Part shown: in pieces, positions 48,881 through 62,256 of the stretch | Layout of the letters: every line of letters begins with the position of its first letter | Numbering within the stretch: the first letter of the stretch is position 1 | Assembly (NCBI RefSeq): GCF_963921235.1 | Contig: NC_086101.1 | Coordinates: 5,582,001 to 5,646,000 of the forward strand | DNA from: Mobula hypostoma | Taxonomy: Eukaryota | Direction: 5' to 3' | Length of the DNA stretch: 64,000 nt | Notes under the pieces: model-generated | What the model was told of the DNA's origin: nothing | The model's input: the letters and a program-made list of their open reading frames with translations, nothing else | Database searches by the model: none | Position numbers and translations under genes: made by a program

Positions 48881-50368
48881 CCTTTACCTCTCCCACCTAT
48901 CACCTCCCTCTTTCCTACTAATTTATTTATTTATTGCAGGTGCTGCTGTCAGTCAGGAGTTTGTTCATTCTTCCTGTGACCCCGTGAGTTTCCTCTGGGT
49001 GCTGCGGTTCCCTCCCAGTCCAAAGGCACATGGGTCACTAGGTTAACTGGGTACAGGGTGGTAATTGTGGCAGAAGGGGCTGCCACTGTGCTCTACCTTT
49101 AAATAAACATCCTCCACGAACAGTCAAAGAAGAGAAAAGATAATACCTGGGAAAAAGCACCTGCACTCATGGTCCCGATGTGAACTCCAGCTGTCCGACA
49201 CGGGGTCCTCAACATCTGCAATGTCTGGTCTCTGGAGAGCTGTCACTGCCTGAGCTCCCAAATTCATCCAGTCACCCACATATATACTTTTTCTTATCAG
49301 ATTAATCTATGATATTTCAATCCCATTGGCTCGAGGTCATTTGACTCACCTGTTTCAGGTTCCCACTGGATGTAGCCCAGGGTTACAAGCAGTATTGTTT
49401 TACAGCCATGCCTTGTGTGACTTCTTTTGTCCTATTCGACTCTGACTGGTTCATGCTCGTCAAACCAGGTCACCCAGATAATGTGATTACTTCTGCGAGC
49501 CTGCCATTTTGTACAATAAACAACTTCTTGTCTGAGAATGGCCTCAGATTTAGCAGCACATTAGCAGGAACTCCTTGTGTCTACATTCAATTGCTCTGCT
49601 TAAATTATCCCGGAGCAGGAATCAGTTGATCAAACAGTTTCCAAAATGGCAGTCGTGAGGACAATCTCACAAAATGGCAGCCGCTATTCCTGTTGACTGA
49701 TTGTAGTTCTTTGTGGCCAACAGTACAAACTCCTCACAGACAGCGGTGGAATTGAACCCCGATCCTACGACCGCCGTTGTAAAGTGTTGCCCTAACCGCT
49801 ACCGTGCTGCCCTAGACATACAAGAATGCTGGATGTCAAGTGTGTTTAAATATTGCTTGTAAGCAAAAGTTTGCTTACAGTAAGGTTGTACATTCTGGCT
49901 TCTCGATGTAGTCTGTCTGGCCCGGGGTGTGATGACAGCCTGGGGAATGTGGGTGAGTGTACGTCATTAGGAGACAGCACAGAGGATGATCCTGTTCACT
50001 GATGTCTATACAGGATGAGAAACAAACAGTAATTTACTCAAGGGGATGTACAAACCCTTGCTGTCTCGTCTGGGAGATACAGTGTTTCGGTCATGAACCT
50101 TACCCACCCTCTGAAACACAAGGTACAGTTCATCACATGAATCCTTTACCCACTCTGTTCAGTGGTTCGGACATCACACTCTCCCTCTCGCTCTGCGGCC
50201 TTGTTGTGCACTGGGTCCTCTATCGAAGTGTCACCCTCTGCAGTTTTGTTACACCAGCTCTTGGAACTCACCGAGCGGCCTAGTTTTCCAGCATCTCCAA
50301 GTGAAGCCTGGAGGTCACGCTCCTTTGGTGTGCGGACTTGGCGGGATGACCTGATTCCTCACTGGAGT

Positions 50369-50655
50369 AAACACAAGATAATCTGCAGATGCTGGGATCA
50401 AAGCAACACTCACAACACGCTGGAGACGATTCGGGCCGGAACCCTTCGTCAGGACTGTAGAGGGAAGGGACAGGGGTCCTATAAAGAAGGTGGGAACCTA
50501 CCAGCCTTCTCCTTCCCACCCTCCCCCCACCTTCTTTATAGGGCCTCTGCCCCTTCCCTCTACAGTCTTGACAAAGGGTTCCGGCCCGAAACGTCGACCA
50601 ATCGTTTCCACGGATGCTGCCCGACCTGCTGAGTTCCTCCAGCGTGTTGTGAGTG
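50369..50655. mobile_element. Palindromic mini-Penelope insertion, 14-bp TSD (1 mismatch)
   Basis: ttcctcactggagt at 50355-50368 and ttcctcactgaagt at 50656-50669; inverted arms. Confidence 0.88.
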
Positions 50656-51254
50656 TTCCTCACTGAAGTGTGCGGGAGACTGAAATATCGAGACAGCAGT
50701 GTACGCGGCTGTCGATAGAAGGCCCCTGCACCCCAGCGATCTCTCCCTCTTTCTCCGGATGGTGAGTGAGGGTCTGCTGATTTTCAAGTCGGGGCAACTT
50801 GGACAAGCGACGAGGCCAATCGTAACACTGAAACCATCTCGTTGTGGCAAGAACAATATATCTCTCGCCTTTGCTAGTGAGAGAGAGAGAGAGAGAGAGA
50901 GCCTGTCCGAGGTGGCAAGGTGTTGGGATGGACAGTAGCTTTGATAGACTCGAGATCATGGTCTCTGGGGGGGGGTGTGGGGGCTTTGCTATTTCTTGCA
51001 GGGTGGGCCGGGCTGATGCATTTGTTGCTGCGTGTGCATGGGAGAGGGAGTGGCGATTTGGGGCTCCAATATTCTCTGTCATTCATTCTTTGTTCTGCAA
51101 AGAGTAAGAATTTCAGGTTGTATACTGTATATTCTCTGATATTAAATGGGCCATTTAACTGTGATGCAAAGGAGATCTTTCCCCTCTCAGGGATCTTGAT
51201 GTAGATTGGGTCAGCCACCATCCCTTCACTGGCTAGAAATCTGCTGGAAGTGAC

Positions 51255-54005
51255 CATAAGATCGTAAGACATAGGAACAGAATTAAGCCATTCAGTCCAT
51301 CAAGTCCACTCCGCCATTTCACCATGGCTGATCCCTGATTCCCTGATAGCTTGATGCCCCAACTAATCAGGAATCCACTTTACATCTGTCCATGGACTTG
51401 GACTCCACCGCATCCCACAGATTCATCATTCTTTGGCTAAAAAAATTCCTTTTCACTTCAGTTCTAAAAGGTCGCGCCCCCCTCAATGTTGAGGCTGTGC
51501 TCTTTAGTTCTGGATACTCCCACTAGAGGAAACATCCTCGCCACATACACCTTATCTAGTCCTTTCAATATTTGATGGGTTTCAATGAGATCCCCGTGCA
51601 TTCTTCAAAATTCCAGTGAGTATGGGCCCAAAGCTGCCAAACACGCCTCATATGTTAACCCCTTCATTCCTGGAACCATCCTCCTCTAGACTCACTTCAG
51701 TGACAACACACCCTTTCTGAGATATGAAGCCCAAAGCTGTTGACAATACTCCAAGTACAGCCTGAGTAGCGTCTTAGAAAGCTTCAGCATTAATCTCCTT
51801 TTTTTTTATATATTCTATTCTTGAAATAAATGCCAACATTGCATTTGTCTTCTTTACCACAGACTCAACCTGTGAATTAACCTATTGGGAGTCTTTCACG
51901 AGGACTCCTAAGTCCCTTTGCAATTCTGATATTTGAATTTTGTCCCCATTTAGATAATAGTCTGCACTATTGTTCCTTTTACCAAAATGTATTGTCATAC
52001 ATTTCCCAACACAGTATTCTATCTGCCACTTTTTCCCCATTCTTCCAATTATTCTAAGTCCTGCTGCAATTGCATTGCTTCCTCAGCACTACCTACCCCT
52101 CCACCCATCTTCGTATCATCTGCAAACTCTGCCTCAAAGCCATTGAATTTGCCATCAATTCCACGACCTAAATCATTAACAAACAATGTGATAAGTAGTG
52201 GTCCGAATACTGAGCTCTGAGGAACACCACTAGTCACCGGCAGCCAACCCGAAAAGGTCCCTTTTATTCCTTCTCGCTGCCTCCTGTCAGTCAGCCATCC
52301 CTCTACCCATCCCAGTATCTTTCCTGGTACACCATAGAATTCTATCTTGTTAAGCAGCCTCATGTGAGGCACCTAATCAAATGCCTTCCGAAAATCTAAG
52401 GATATGACATCCACTGCCTCTCCATCGTCCACCATGCCTTGAAGAATTCTAACAGATTTGTCAGGCAAGATTTCCCTTGGCAGAAACCATGCTGACTTTG
52501 ACTTATTTTATCATTAGTCTCCAAGTACCCTGAAACCTTATCCTTAATAATGGACTCCAACACTTTCCCAATCACTGAGGTTAGGCAAACTGGCCTATAA
52601 TTGCCTCACTTTTGTCTTCCTCCCTTCTTAAAGAGTGGAGTGTCATTTGCAATTTCCCAGTCCTCTGGGACCATGCTAGAAACAAGTGGTTCTTGAAAGA
52701 TCATGACCACTGCATCCGTTATCTCTTCAGCAACCTCTCTCAGGACTGGTTTGCCTAGCACTTTTTCCTTTGTAATAGCAATGGCACTCACTCCTGCTCC
52801 CTGACGCTCTCGGACCTCTGGCATACAGCTAGTGTCTTCCACAGTGAAGACAGATGCAAAGTACTCATTAAATTCATCTGCCAGCTTTTGTCCCCCATTT
52901 CTACCACACCAGCATCATGTTCCCGTGGTCCAATATCAACTCTCACCTCCCTCCTACTCTTCATATAACTGAAAATACCTTTAGTATCCTGCGTTATATT
53001 ACTGGCTAGTTTTCCCTCATATTTAATCTTTTCCCTTCTTAAATCTTTTGTGGTTGCCTTTTGTTGGATTTTAAAAGCTTCCCAATCATCCAATTTCCCA
53101 CACATTTTTGCTAATCTATATGTCCTTTCCTTGGCTTTTATGCAGTCCCCAACTTCCCTTGTCGACCACAGTCGCCAACCTCTGCCATTTGAGAACTTTT
53201 TCCTCTGTGGGACATTTCTATCCTGCACCTTGTGAACTACTCCAGAAACTTCAACCATATCTGTTCAGCCATCTTCCCCGCAAGTACCCTGCTCCAATCC
53301 ACCTGGGCAAGCTCCTCTCTCATGCCTCTGCAATTCACTTTATTCCATTGTGATACTGATACATGTGAGTTATGCTTCTTCCTCTCAAATTGCAGTATGG
53401 ATTCAATTATATTATGATCACTACCTGCTCCAGGTTCATTTACGTCAAACAGACTAATAAAATCTGGGTCACTACACAACAACCAATCTAAAATAGCCGT
53501 TCCCTGAGTAGGCTCAAGCAGAAGCTGCTGTAAAAAGCCATCTCATAGGCATTCAACAGATTCCTTCTCTTGCAATCCAACACCAACTTGATTTTCCCAA
53601 TCCCCTTGCATATTGAAGTCCCCCATTAAAATTGTGACATTACCCTTATTACATGCCCTTTCCAGCTCCCTTTGCAATCTTAACCCACATCTTGGCTACT
53701 ATTTGGAGGCCTATATATGATTCCAGTAATGGTTCTTTTACCCTTGTAGTTTCTTAACTCCACCCACAAAGGTTCAACATTCTCTGACCCTATGTCATCC
53801 CTTTCTAAAGGTGTAATTCCATCTCATACCAACAAAGCCACACCACTACCTATGCCTTCCTGGCTATCCTTTTGATACAAGGTAAGTCCTTTGATGTTAA
53901 ACTTCCAACTCTGACTTTCTTCCAGCCACGACTTGGTGATGCCCACAATGTCATACCAACCAGTCTCTAATTGCACCATCAGTTCATCCACCTTATTCCT
54001 CTTGG
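51255..54005 (-). mobile_element. Decayed CR1 LINE (APE to 3'UTR)
   Basis: SKRNKVDEL..YDIVGITKSW; SDHNIIE; VPEDWEIANDTPLFKKGG; SGVPQSSVFGP; EFADDTK. Confidence 0.88.
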
Positions 54006-57000
54006 ATCTTAAACTCAATCCCACGGTTGATGAAGGCCAAGAGTCAACCTGCATAGCGGCTTTGAGAGTCCTATGGACTCGGACCCCAAGATCCCTCTGA
54101 TCCTCCACACTGCCGAGAGTCTTACCATTAATACTATATTCTGCCATCATATTTGACCTACCAAAATGAACCACTTCACACTTATCTGGGTTGAACTCCA
54201 TCTGCCACTTCTCAGCTCAGTTTAACATCCTATCGATGCCCCATTGTAACCTCTGACAGCCCTCCACACTATCCATAACACCTCCAACCTTTGTGTCATC
54301 AGCAAATTTACTAACTCATCCCTCCACTCCCTCATCCAGGTCATTTATAAAAATCACGAGGAGAAGGGGTCCCACAACAGATCCCTGAGGCACACCACTG
54401 GTCACCGACCTCCACGCAGAATATGACACGTCTAATACCACTCTTTGCCCTCTGTGGGCAAGCCAGTTCTGGATCCATAAAGCAATGCCCCCTTGGATCC
54501 CATGCCTCCTTACTTTCTCAATAAGCCTTGCATGGGGTACATTATCAATTGCCTTGCTGAAATCGTTATACACTACATCTACTGCTCTACCTTCATCAAA
54601 GTGTTCAGTCACATCTTCAAAAATTCAGTCAGGCTCGTAAGGCATGACCTGCCTTTGACAAAGTCATGCTGACTATTCCTTATCATATTATGTCTCTCCA
54701 AATGTTCCTAGATCCTGCCTCTCAGGATCTTTTCCACCAACTCACCAACCACTGAAGTAAGACTCACTGCTCTATAATTTCCTGGGCTATCTCTACTCCC
54801 TTTCTTGAATAAGGGAACAACATCTGCAACTCCCCACAATCCTCCGGAACCTCTCCCGTCCCCATTGATGGCAAATATCATTACCTGAGGTTCAGCAATC
54901 TCCTCCCTCGCCTCCCACAGTAGCCTGGGGTACATCTCATCAAGTCCTGGAGACTTATCTAATTTGATGCTTTCCAAAAGCTCCAGCACATCTTCTTTCT
55001 TAATGTCCATATGCTCAATCTTTTCAGTCCGCTGTAGGTCATCCCTACAATTGCCAAGATCCTTCTCTGCAGTGAATACTGAAGGAATAGGATGCTCTGG
55101 AGGAGGAACAAGTGGCTGAGGAACTGGTGTAGGGGGCAGGGTTTCAGATTTCAGGATCATTGGGACCTCTCCTGGGGCAGGTGGGACCTGTACAAGAGAG
55201 ACAGGTTACACTTGAACTACAGGGGGACCAATATCCTTTCAGGGAGGTTTGTTAGTGCTATTGGGGAGGCTTTAAACTAGATTTGCAGGGGGATGGGAAC
55301 CAGAGTGCCAGAGCTGACAGTGTTGCTGGGGTGAAAATAAATGATGTTAAAAGTTCAAGCAAATCCACTAATAGAAAGGTTGTGAGTGGTGGTAAAAATC
55401 TTCTGAGGTGTATATATTTCAATGCTAGGAGTATTGCGGGGAAGGCGGATGAGTTGAGGGCGTGGATTGACACGTGGAATTATGACGTTGTAGCAATTAG
55501 TGAAACTTGGCTACAGGAGGGGCAGGACTGGCAGCTTAATATTCCAGGGTTCCGATGTTTCAGATGTGATCGAGGCAGAGGAATGAAAGGTGGGGGAGTA
55601 GCGTTGCTTGTTAGGGAAAATATTACAGCAGTGCTCAGGCAGGACAGACTAGAGGGCTTGTCTACTGAGTCCTTGTGGGTGGAGCTGAGAAACAGGAAAG
55701 GTATGGCCACATTAGTGGGCTTGTATTATAGACCACCCAGTAGTCAGCGAGAATTGGAGGAGCAAATCTGTAGAGAGATAGCAGGCACTGCAGGAAACAT
55801 AAAGTTGTGGTGGTAGGGGATTTTAATTTTCCATACATTGATTGGGACTCCCATACTGTTAGGGGTCTAGATGGTTTAGAGTTTGTGAAATGTGTTCAGG
55901 AAAGTTTTCTAAATCAATATATAGAGGGACCAACTAGAGGGGATGCAATATTGGATCTCCTGTTAGGAAACGAGTTAGGACAAGTGACAGAAGTCTGTGT
56001 AGGGGAGCACTTTGGTTCCAGTGATCATAACACCATTAGTTTCAACTTGATCATGGACAAGAATAGATCTGGTCCTAGGGTTGAGGTTCTTAACTGGAAG
56101 AAGGCCAAATTTGAAGAAATGACAAAGGATCTAAAAAGCGTGGATTGGGACAGGTTGTTCTCTGGCATGGATGTGATCGATAGGTAGGAAGCCTTCAAAG
56201 CAGAAGTTTTGAGAGTGCAGAATTTGTATGTTCCTGTCAGGATTAAAGGCAAAATGAATAGGAATAAGGAACCTTGGTTCTCAAGGGATATTGCAACTCT
56301 GATAAAGAAGAAGAGGGAGTTGTATGACGAGTATAGGAAGCAGGGAGTAAATAAGGTGCTTGAGGAGTATAAGAAGTGCAAGAAAATACTTAAGAAAGAA
56401 ATCAGGAGGGCTAAAAGAAAACATGAGGTTGCCTTGGCAGTCAAAGTGAAGGATAATCCAAAGAGCTTTTACAGGTATACTAAGAGCAAAAGGATTGTAA
56501 GGGATAAAATTGGTCCTCTTGAAGATCAGAGTGGTCGGTTGTGTGCGGAACCAAAGGAAATGGGGAGATCTTAAATAGGTTTTTTGCGTCTGTGTTTACT
56601 AAGGAAACTGCCATGAGGTCAATGGAATTAAGGGAAACAAGTAGTGAGATCATGGAAACTGTACAGATCGAAAAGGAGGAGGTCCTTGCTGTCTTGAGGG
56701 AAATTAAAGTGGATAAATCCCTGGGACCTGACAGAGTGTTCCCTCGGACCCTGAAGGAGACTAGTGTTGAAATTGCAGGGGCCCTGGCTGAAATATTTAA
56801 AATGTCGCTGTCTGCAGGTGAGGTGCCGGAGGATTGGAGAGTGGCTCATGTTGTTCTGTTGTTTAAAAAAGGATTGAAAGTAATCCGGGAAATTATAGGC
56901 CGGTAAGTTTAATGTCAGTAGTAGGTAAGTTATTGGAGGGAGTACTAAGAGACAGAATCTACAAGCATTTGGATAGACTGGGACTTAGTAGGGAGAGTCA

Positions 57001-58765
57001 ACATGGCTTTGTGCGTGGTCGGTCATGTTTGACCAATCTATTGGAGTTTTTCGAGGAGGTTACCAGGAAAGTGGATGAAGGGAAGGCAATCGATATTGCC
57101 TACATGGACTTCAGTAAGGCCTTTGACAAGGTCCTGCATGGGAGGTTAGTTAGGAAAATTCAGTCACATGGAGAGGTGGTAAATTGGATTAGACATTGGC
57201 TCAATGGAAGAAGCCAGAGAGTAGTGGTAGAGAATTGCTTCTCTGAGTGGAGGCCTGTGACTAGTGGTGTGCCACAGGGATCAGTGCTGGGTCCATTGTT
57301 ATTTGTCATCTATATCAATGATCTGGATGATAATGTGGTAAATTGGATCAGCAAATTTGCTGATGATACAAAGATTGGAGGTGTAGTAGACAGTGAGGAA
57401 GGTTTTCAGAGCCTGCAGAGGGACTTGGACCAGCTGGAAAAATGGCAGATGGAGTTTAATACAGACAAGTGTGAGGTATTGCACGTTGGAAGGACAAACC
57501 AAGATAGAACATACAGGGTTAATGGTAAGGCACTGAGGAGTGCAATGGAACAGAGGGATCTGGGAATACAGATACAAAATTCCCTAAAAGTGGCGTCACA
57601 GGTAGATAGGGTCGTAAAGAGAGCTTTTGGTACATTGGCCTTTATTAATCAAAGCTGGAATGTTATGATGAGGTTGTATAAGGCATTGGTGAGGCCGAAT
57701 CTGGAGTATTGTGTTCAGTTTTGGTCACCAAATTACAGGAAGGATATAAATAAGGTTGAAAGAGTGCAGAGAAGGTTTACAAGGATGTTGCCGGGACTTA
57801 AGAAACTCAGTTACAGAGAAAGGTTGAATAGGTTAGGACTTTATTCCCTGGAGCGTAGAAGAATGAGGGGAGATTTGATAGAGGTATATAAAATTATGAT
57901 GGGTATAGATAGAGTGAATGCAAGCAGGCTTTTTCCACTGAGGCAAGGGGAGAAAAAAACCAGAGGACATGGATTAAGGGTGAAGGGGGAAAAGTGTAAA
58001 GGGAACATTAGGGGGGGCTTCTTCACACAGAGAGTATGGAATGAGCTGCCAGACGAGGTGGTAAATGCGGGTTATTTTTTAACATTTAAGAATAAATTGG
58101 ACAGATACATAGATGGGAGGTGTATGGAGGGATATGGTCCGTGTGCAGGTCGGTGGGACTAGGCAGAAAATGGTTCGGCACAGCCAGGAAGGGCCAAAAG
58201 GCCTGTTTCTGTGCTGTAGTTTCTATGGTTTCTATGGTTTCAAAGTATTCATTAAGTATCTCTGCTATTTCCTCCGGTTCCATACACACTTTTCCACTGT
58301 CACAATTGATTGGTCCTGTTATCTCATGTCTTATCCTCTTGCCCTTCACATACTCGTAGAATGTCTTGGGGGTTTTCCTTAATCCTGCTCACCAAGGCCT
58401 TCTCATGTCTCCTTCTGGCTCTTCTAATTTCATTCTTTAGTTCCTTCCTGCTAGACTTATAACCTTCTAGATCTCTATCATTACCTAGTTTTTTGAACCT
58501 TTCGTAAGCTTTTCTTTTCTTCTTGACTAGATTTTCAACAGCCTTTGTACACCATGGTTCCTGTACCCTAACATCCTTTCCCTGCCTTATTGGAACGTAC
58601 CTATTGAGAATGCCATGCAAATATCCTCTGAACATTTGCCACATATCTGCCGTACATTTTCCTGAGAATATCTGTTCTCAATTTATCCTTCCAAGTTCCT
58701 GCCTGATAGCTTCATATTTTCCCTTACTCCAACTAAACGCTTTCCTAACTTGTCTGTTCCTGTTA
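54005..58765 (-). mobile_element. CR1 ORF2 fragment split by a younger sense-strand CR1
   Basis: On the - strand 'aatgaatactttg' (58241-58253) joins 'cttcagtattcac' (55072-55084) to give NEYFASVFT. Confidence 0.85.
55085..58240 (+). mobile_element. CR1 family A: 3' end of ORF1 plus nearly complete ORF2 (few stops and frameshifts)
   Basis: DHWDLSWGRWDLYKRDRLHLN; YFNARSI..ISETW..YRPP; GDFNFP; SDHN; RT ORF 56912..58162; (TTTCTATGG)n tail. Confidence 0.93.
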
Positions 58766-60465
58766 TTCTTCATGGTGGAGGACACATCTAACATGCCAAA
58801 GAGTGATGTTATAGATGCAGTGGGAGGTGAGGACCTTGATACAATAGCTATCACTGGAGAGGTAGTGCTGAGCAAACTTGTGGGCCTGAAGATAGATAAG
58901 TCCCCTGGTCCTGATGGAATGCATCCCAGGGTTCTGAAAGAAATGGCAGAAGTTATAGTTGAGGCTTTGGTGATGATTTACCAAAATTCTCTGGACTCTC
59001 GACAGGCCCTGGCAGATTGGAAGACGGCGAATGCCACACCACTGTTCAAAAAAGGATGTAGGCCAAAGGCAGGTAGCTATAGGCCAGTTAGTTTAGCATC
59101 TGAGTTGGGAAAATGATTGAAGCTATCATTAAAGAAGAAATAGCGAGGCATCTGGAAAGAAATGGATCCATTAGGCAGATGCAGCATGGATTCAGCAAAG
59201 GCAGGTCCTGTTTGACAAACTTACTGGAGCTCTTTGAGGATATAATGAGAGCAGTGGATAGTGGGGAACAGATGGACATTATTTACTTGGATTTCCAGAA
59301 GGTATTGGATAAGGTAACACATAAAAGACTTATCCATAAGATAAGGATGCACAGAGTTGGGGGGTGATGTATTAGTGTGGATAGAGGATTGGTTAACTAA
59401 TAAAAAGCAGAGAGTTGGGATACGTGGGTGTTACTCTGGTTGGCAATCAGTGGTGAGCGGTGTGCCACAGGGGTCAGTGCTGGGCCTGCAACTGTTCACG
59501 ATATACATTAACGATCTGGAAGAGGGGACCGAGAGTACTGTATCTAAGTTTGCTGATGATACTAAACTGAGTGGAAAAGCAAATTGTGCAGAAGATATAG
59601 AGAGTCTGCAGAAAGATACAGATAGGTTAAGTGAGTGTGCAAGGGTCTGGCAGATGGAGTACAATGTTGGCAAATGCGAGGTCATCCAGGACGGAAAAAT
59701 GAAAGAGCAGATTATTATTTAAATGGTAAAAAAAAATTACAGCATGCTGCTGTGCAGAGGGACTTGAGAGTGTTTGTGCATGAATCACAGAAGGTTGGTT
59801 TGCAAGTGCAGAAGGCTATCAAGTTGGCCTTCATTGCTGGAGGGATTGAATTTGATAGCAGGGAGGTCATGCTGCAACTATACAGGGTACTGGTGAGACC
59901 GCACCTGGAGTACTGTGTGCAGTTCTGGTCTCCTTACTTGAGGAAGGATATACTGGCTTTGGAGGCGGTGCAGAGGAGGTTCACCAGGTTGATTCCAGAG
60001 ATGAGGAGGTTAAACTATGAGGAGAGATTGGGTCACCTGGGACTGTAGTCACTGGAGTTCAGAAGGATGAGAGGAGATCTTACGGAAACATATAAAATTA
60101 TGAAAGGGATAGATAAGATAGAGGCAGGAAATCTGCTTCCACTGGTAGGTGAGACAAGAATGAGGGGACATAGCCTCAAGATTCGGGGGAGCAGATTTAG
60201 GGGAGATGAGGAGGAACTGCTTTTCCCAGAGAGCGGTGAATCTGTGGAATTCTCTGCCCATTGAAGCATTGGAGGCTATCTCAGTAAGTATATTTAAGAC
60301 AAGGTTGGATAGATCTTTGCATAGTATGGGAATTAAGGGTTATGGGAAAAGGGAGGTAAGTGGAGATGAGTCCATGGCCAGATCAGCCATGATCTTATTG
60401 AATGGCAGAGCGGGCTCGGTGAGCCAGATGGCCGACTCCTGCTCCTATTTCTTATGTTCTATGTT
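58765..60465 (+). mobile_element. CR1 family B, 5'-truncated
   Basis: Colinear with 28060-31082; [30 protein letters not shown]. Confidence 0.9.
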
Positions 60466-60502
60466 CACACACACAGATTGCATAGGAGCTGACAGTGAGG
60501 CA

Positions 60503-60538
<36 letters not shown>

Positions 60539-60742
60539 GCACAGGAGCTGACAGTGAGGCACAGACAGACAGACACACACACAGTGGACAGGAGCTGACA
60601 GTGAGGCACAGACAGACAGACAGACACACACACACACACAGTGGACAGGAGCTGACAGTGAGGCAGACACAGACAGACACACACATACACACACACACAC
60701 ACACACAGTGGACAGGAGCTGACAGTGAGGCACAGACAGACA

Positions 60743-60790
<48 letters not shown>

Positions 60791-61117
60791 GGACAGGAGC
60801 TGACAGTGAGGCACAGACAGACAGACACACACACACACACAGTGGACAGGAGCTGACAGTGAGGCAGACACAGAAGACAGACACACACACACACACACAG
60901 TGGACAGGAGCTGACAGTGACGCAGACAGACACACACACACACACACACACAGTGCACAGGAGCTGACAGTGAGGCACAGACAGACAGACAGACAGACAG
61001 ACACACACACAGTGCACAGTGGACAGGAGCTGACAGTGAGGCAGACACAGAAGACAGACAGACACACACAGACACACACACACACACAGTGCACAGTGGA
61101 CAGGAGCTGACAGTGAA
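60466..61117. repeat. Minisatellite: ~11 units of cagtggacaggagctgacagtgagg plus variable (CAGA)n(CA)n
   Basis: 'aggagctgacagtga' recurs every ~47-81 bp. Confidence 0.95.
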
Positions 61118-61399
61118 GTGTTGAGACGCTCATATAGTATCAGTTCATCTCTAAGAGACAAAAGATGTACAGTAACTGACCGCTGTAAAGTGCCAAGGGG
61201 AATTAATACTTCCCTCTTTCAGACCTATGCAATCCAGGGTTTGAAGTTCAAACACGGCAGACTAAAAGGGAAAAACTTTAAAGGAAATACCTGGGAACTT
61301 TTCTAACTTTATTTTTTCGAAGGACACAAATTGATTAAGAAGTGTGAATAACTAAGAACGTTGCCGAGAGACTGTGAACAAAAAGAGCTGTATTGAAGT

Positions 61400-62245
61400 G
61401 TAGCGGTTGGTCTGAATCCAGGGAGATCTAACTATGCAAAGCCGGGAAGTAAATTCCGTTTTAAGTGCGTGTTCCTGCTTGGAACGCGCCGTCTTTTAGC
61501 ATTAGGCTTCAGGCTACCGGGAATAGTGCCGTATAGAGTAACTCTACAAGGACAGATATAAACCCTCTTTGTTCGGCTTGGACTATTTGAGCAGACTTCA
61601 GTGCGTTGGCCTTCCACCAGCGAGAGGGCCCCGGGGCGTTTGATGTCCTCTCTATCTCAGGAGTCCGAGCCATTTCAGTCTGAACCGCAGGTATTTCCCC
61701 CCTCTCTTTCAATAGCTGATCCTTCCCTCGCGCTCTGGCCAACGCCCCCTGGGGATCTCCTAATAAACGCCATCTATACGGATTAAACCCTGAGAGATGA
61801 CTGGTTTTCTTATTCGCTGTTTACACTTGAAAGACATCTCCACCTGGTAAAATCCTTAGAAATGCTGGTCGGCGACTGCATAAACACTTAAACAAGCCCC
61901 ACGGCACTGCACGGGACGGTGAAGTCAGCCCAGGACAACCCACACCTACGGACGAGTGTTGCCCAGCCTCCTGGATTAACGATCTGTTGAAAAATCATGG
62001 CAGATAAAAAAGAGCAAATCATTATTTCTGACCATTTCTAAAACCTTCCTCTCGTGAGTTGAGACACAGAAAAAGATGAGGGCGGGGCTGTCATCCTATG
62101 GGTCAGTTCGAGAGGGCCGGAGAGCAGTCTCCCGTTCCGATTGGCCGGGCGGTTGATCCTATTTGTCAATCTATGGCAAGGGGGCGGGTAGTCCCGGGAG
62201 TCAGCCAATCGGAGTTGACATCCGGCACCAGGCAAATAACATTGT
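61400..62245. promoter_or_regulatory. CpG-rich island with GC-box/CCAAT promoter architecture
   Basis: GC boxes at 62080-62088, 62147-62152 and 62181-62188; ATTGG at 62140-62144; CCAAT at 62205-62209; CTCF-like tccccagggggcgt (- strand) at 61742-61755. Confidence 0.6.
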
Positions 62246-62256
62246 GAAAATAAAAT

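Noticed and set aside
60466..61117. CRISPR-like repeat-spacer appearance
   Set aside because: The spacers are CA/CAGA microsatellites rather than unique sequences, the context is vertebrate, and there are no cas genes.
61509..61742. 'MART...' peptide resembling a histone H3 start near CCAAT boxes
   Set aside because: Similarity ends after four residues and there is no histone fold.
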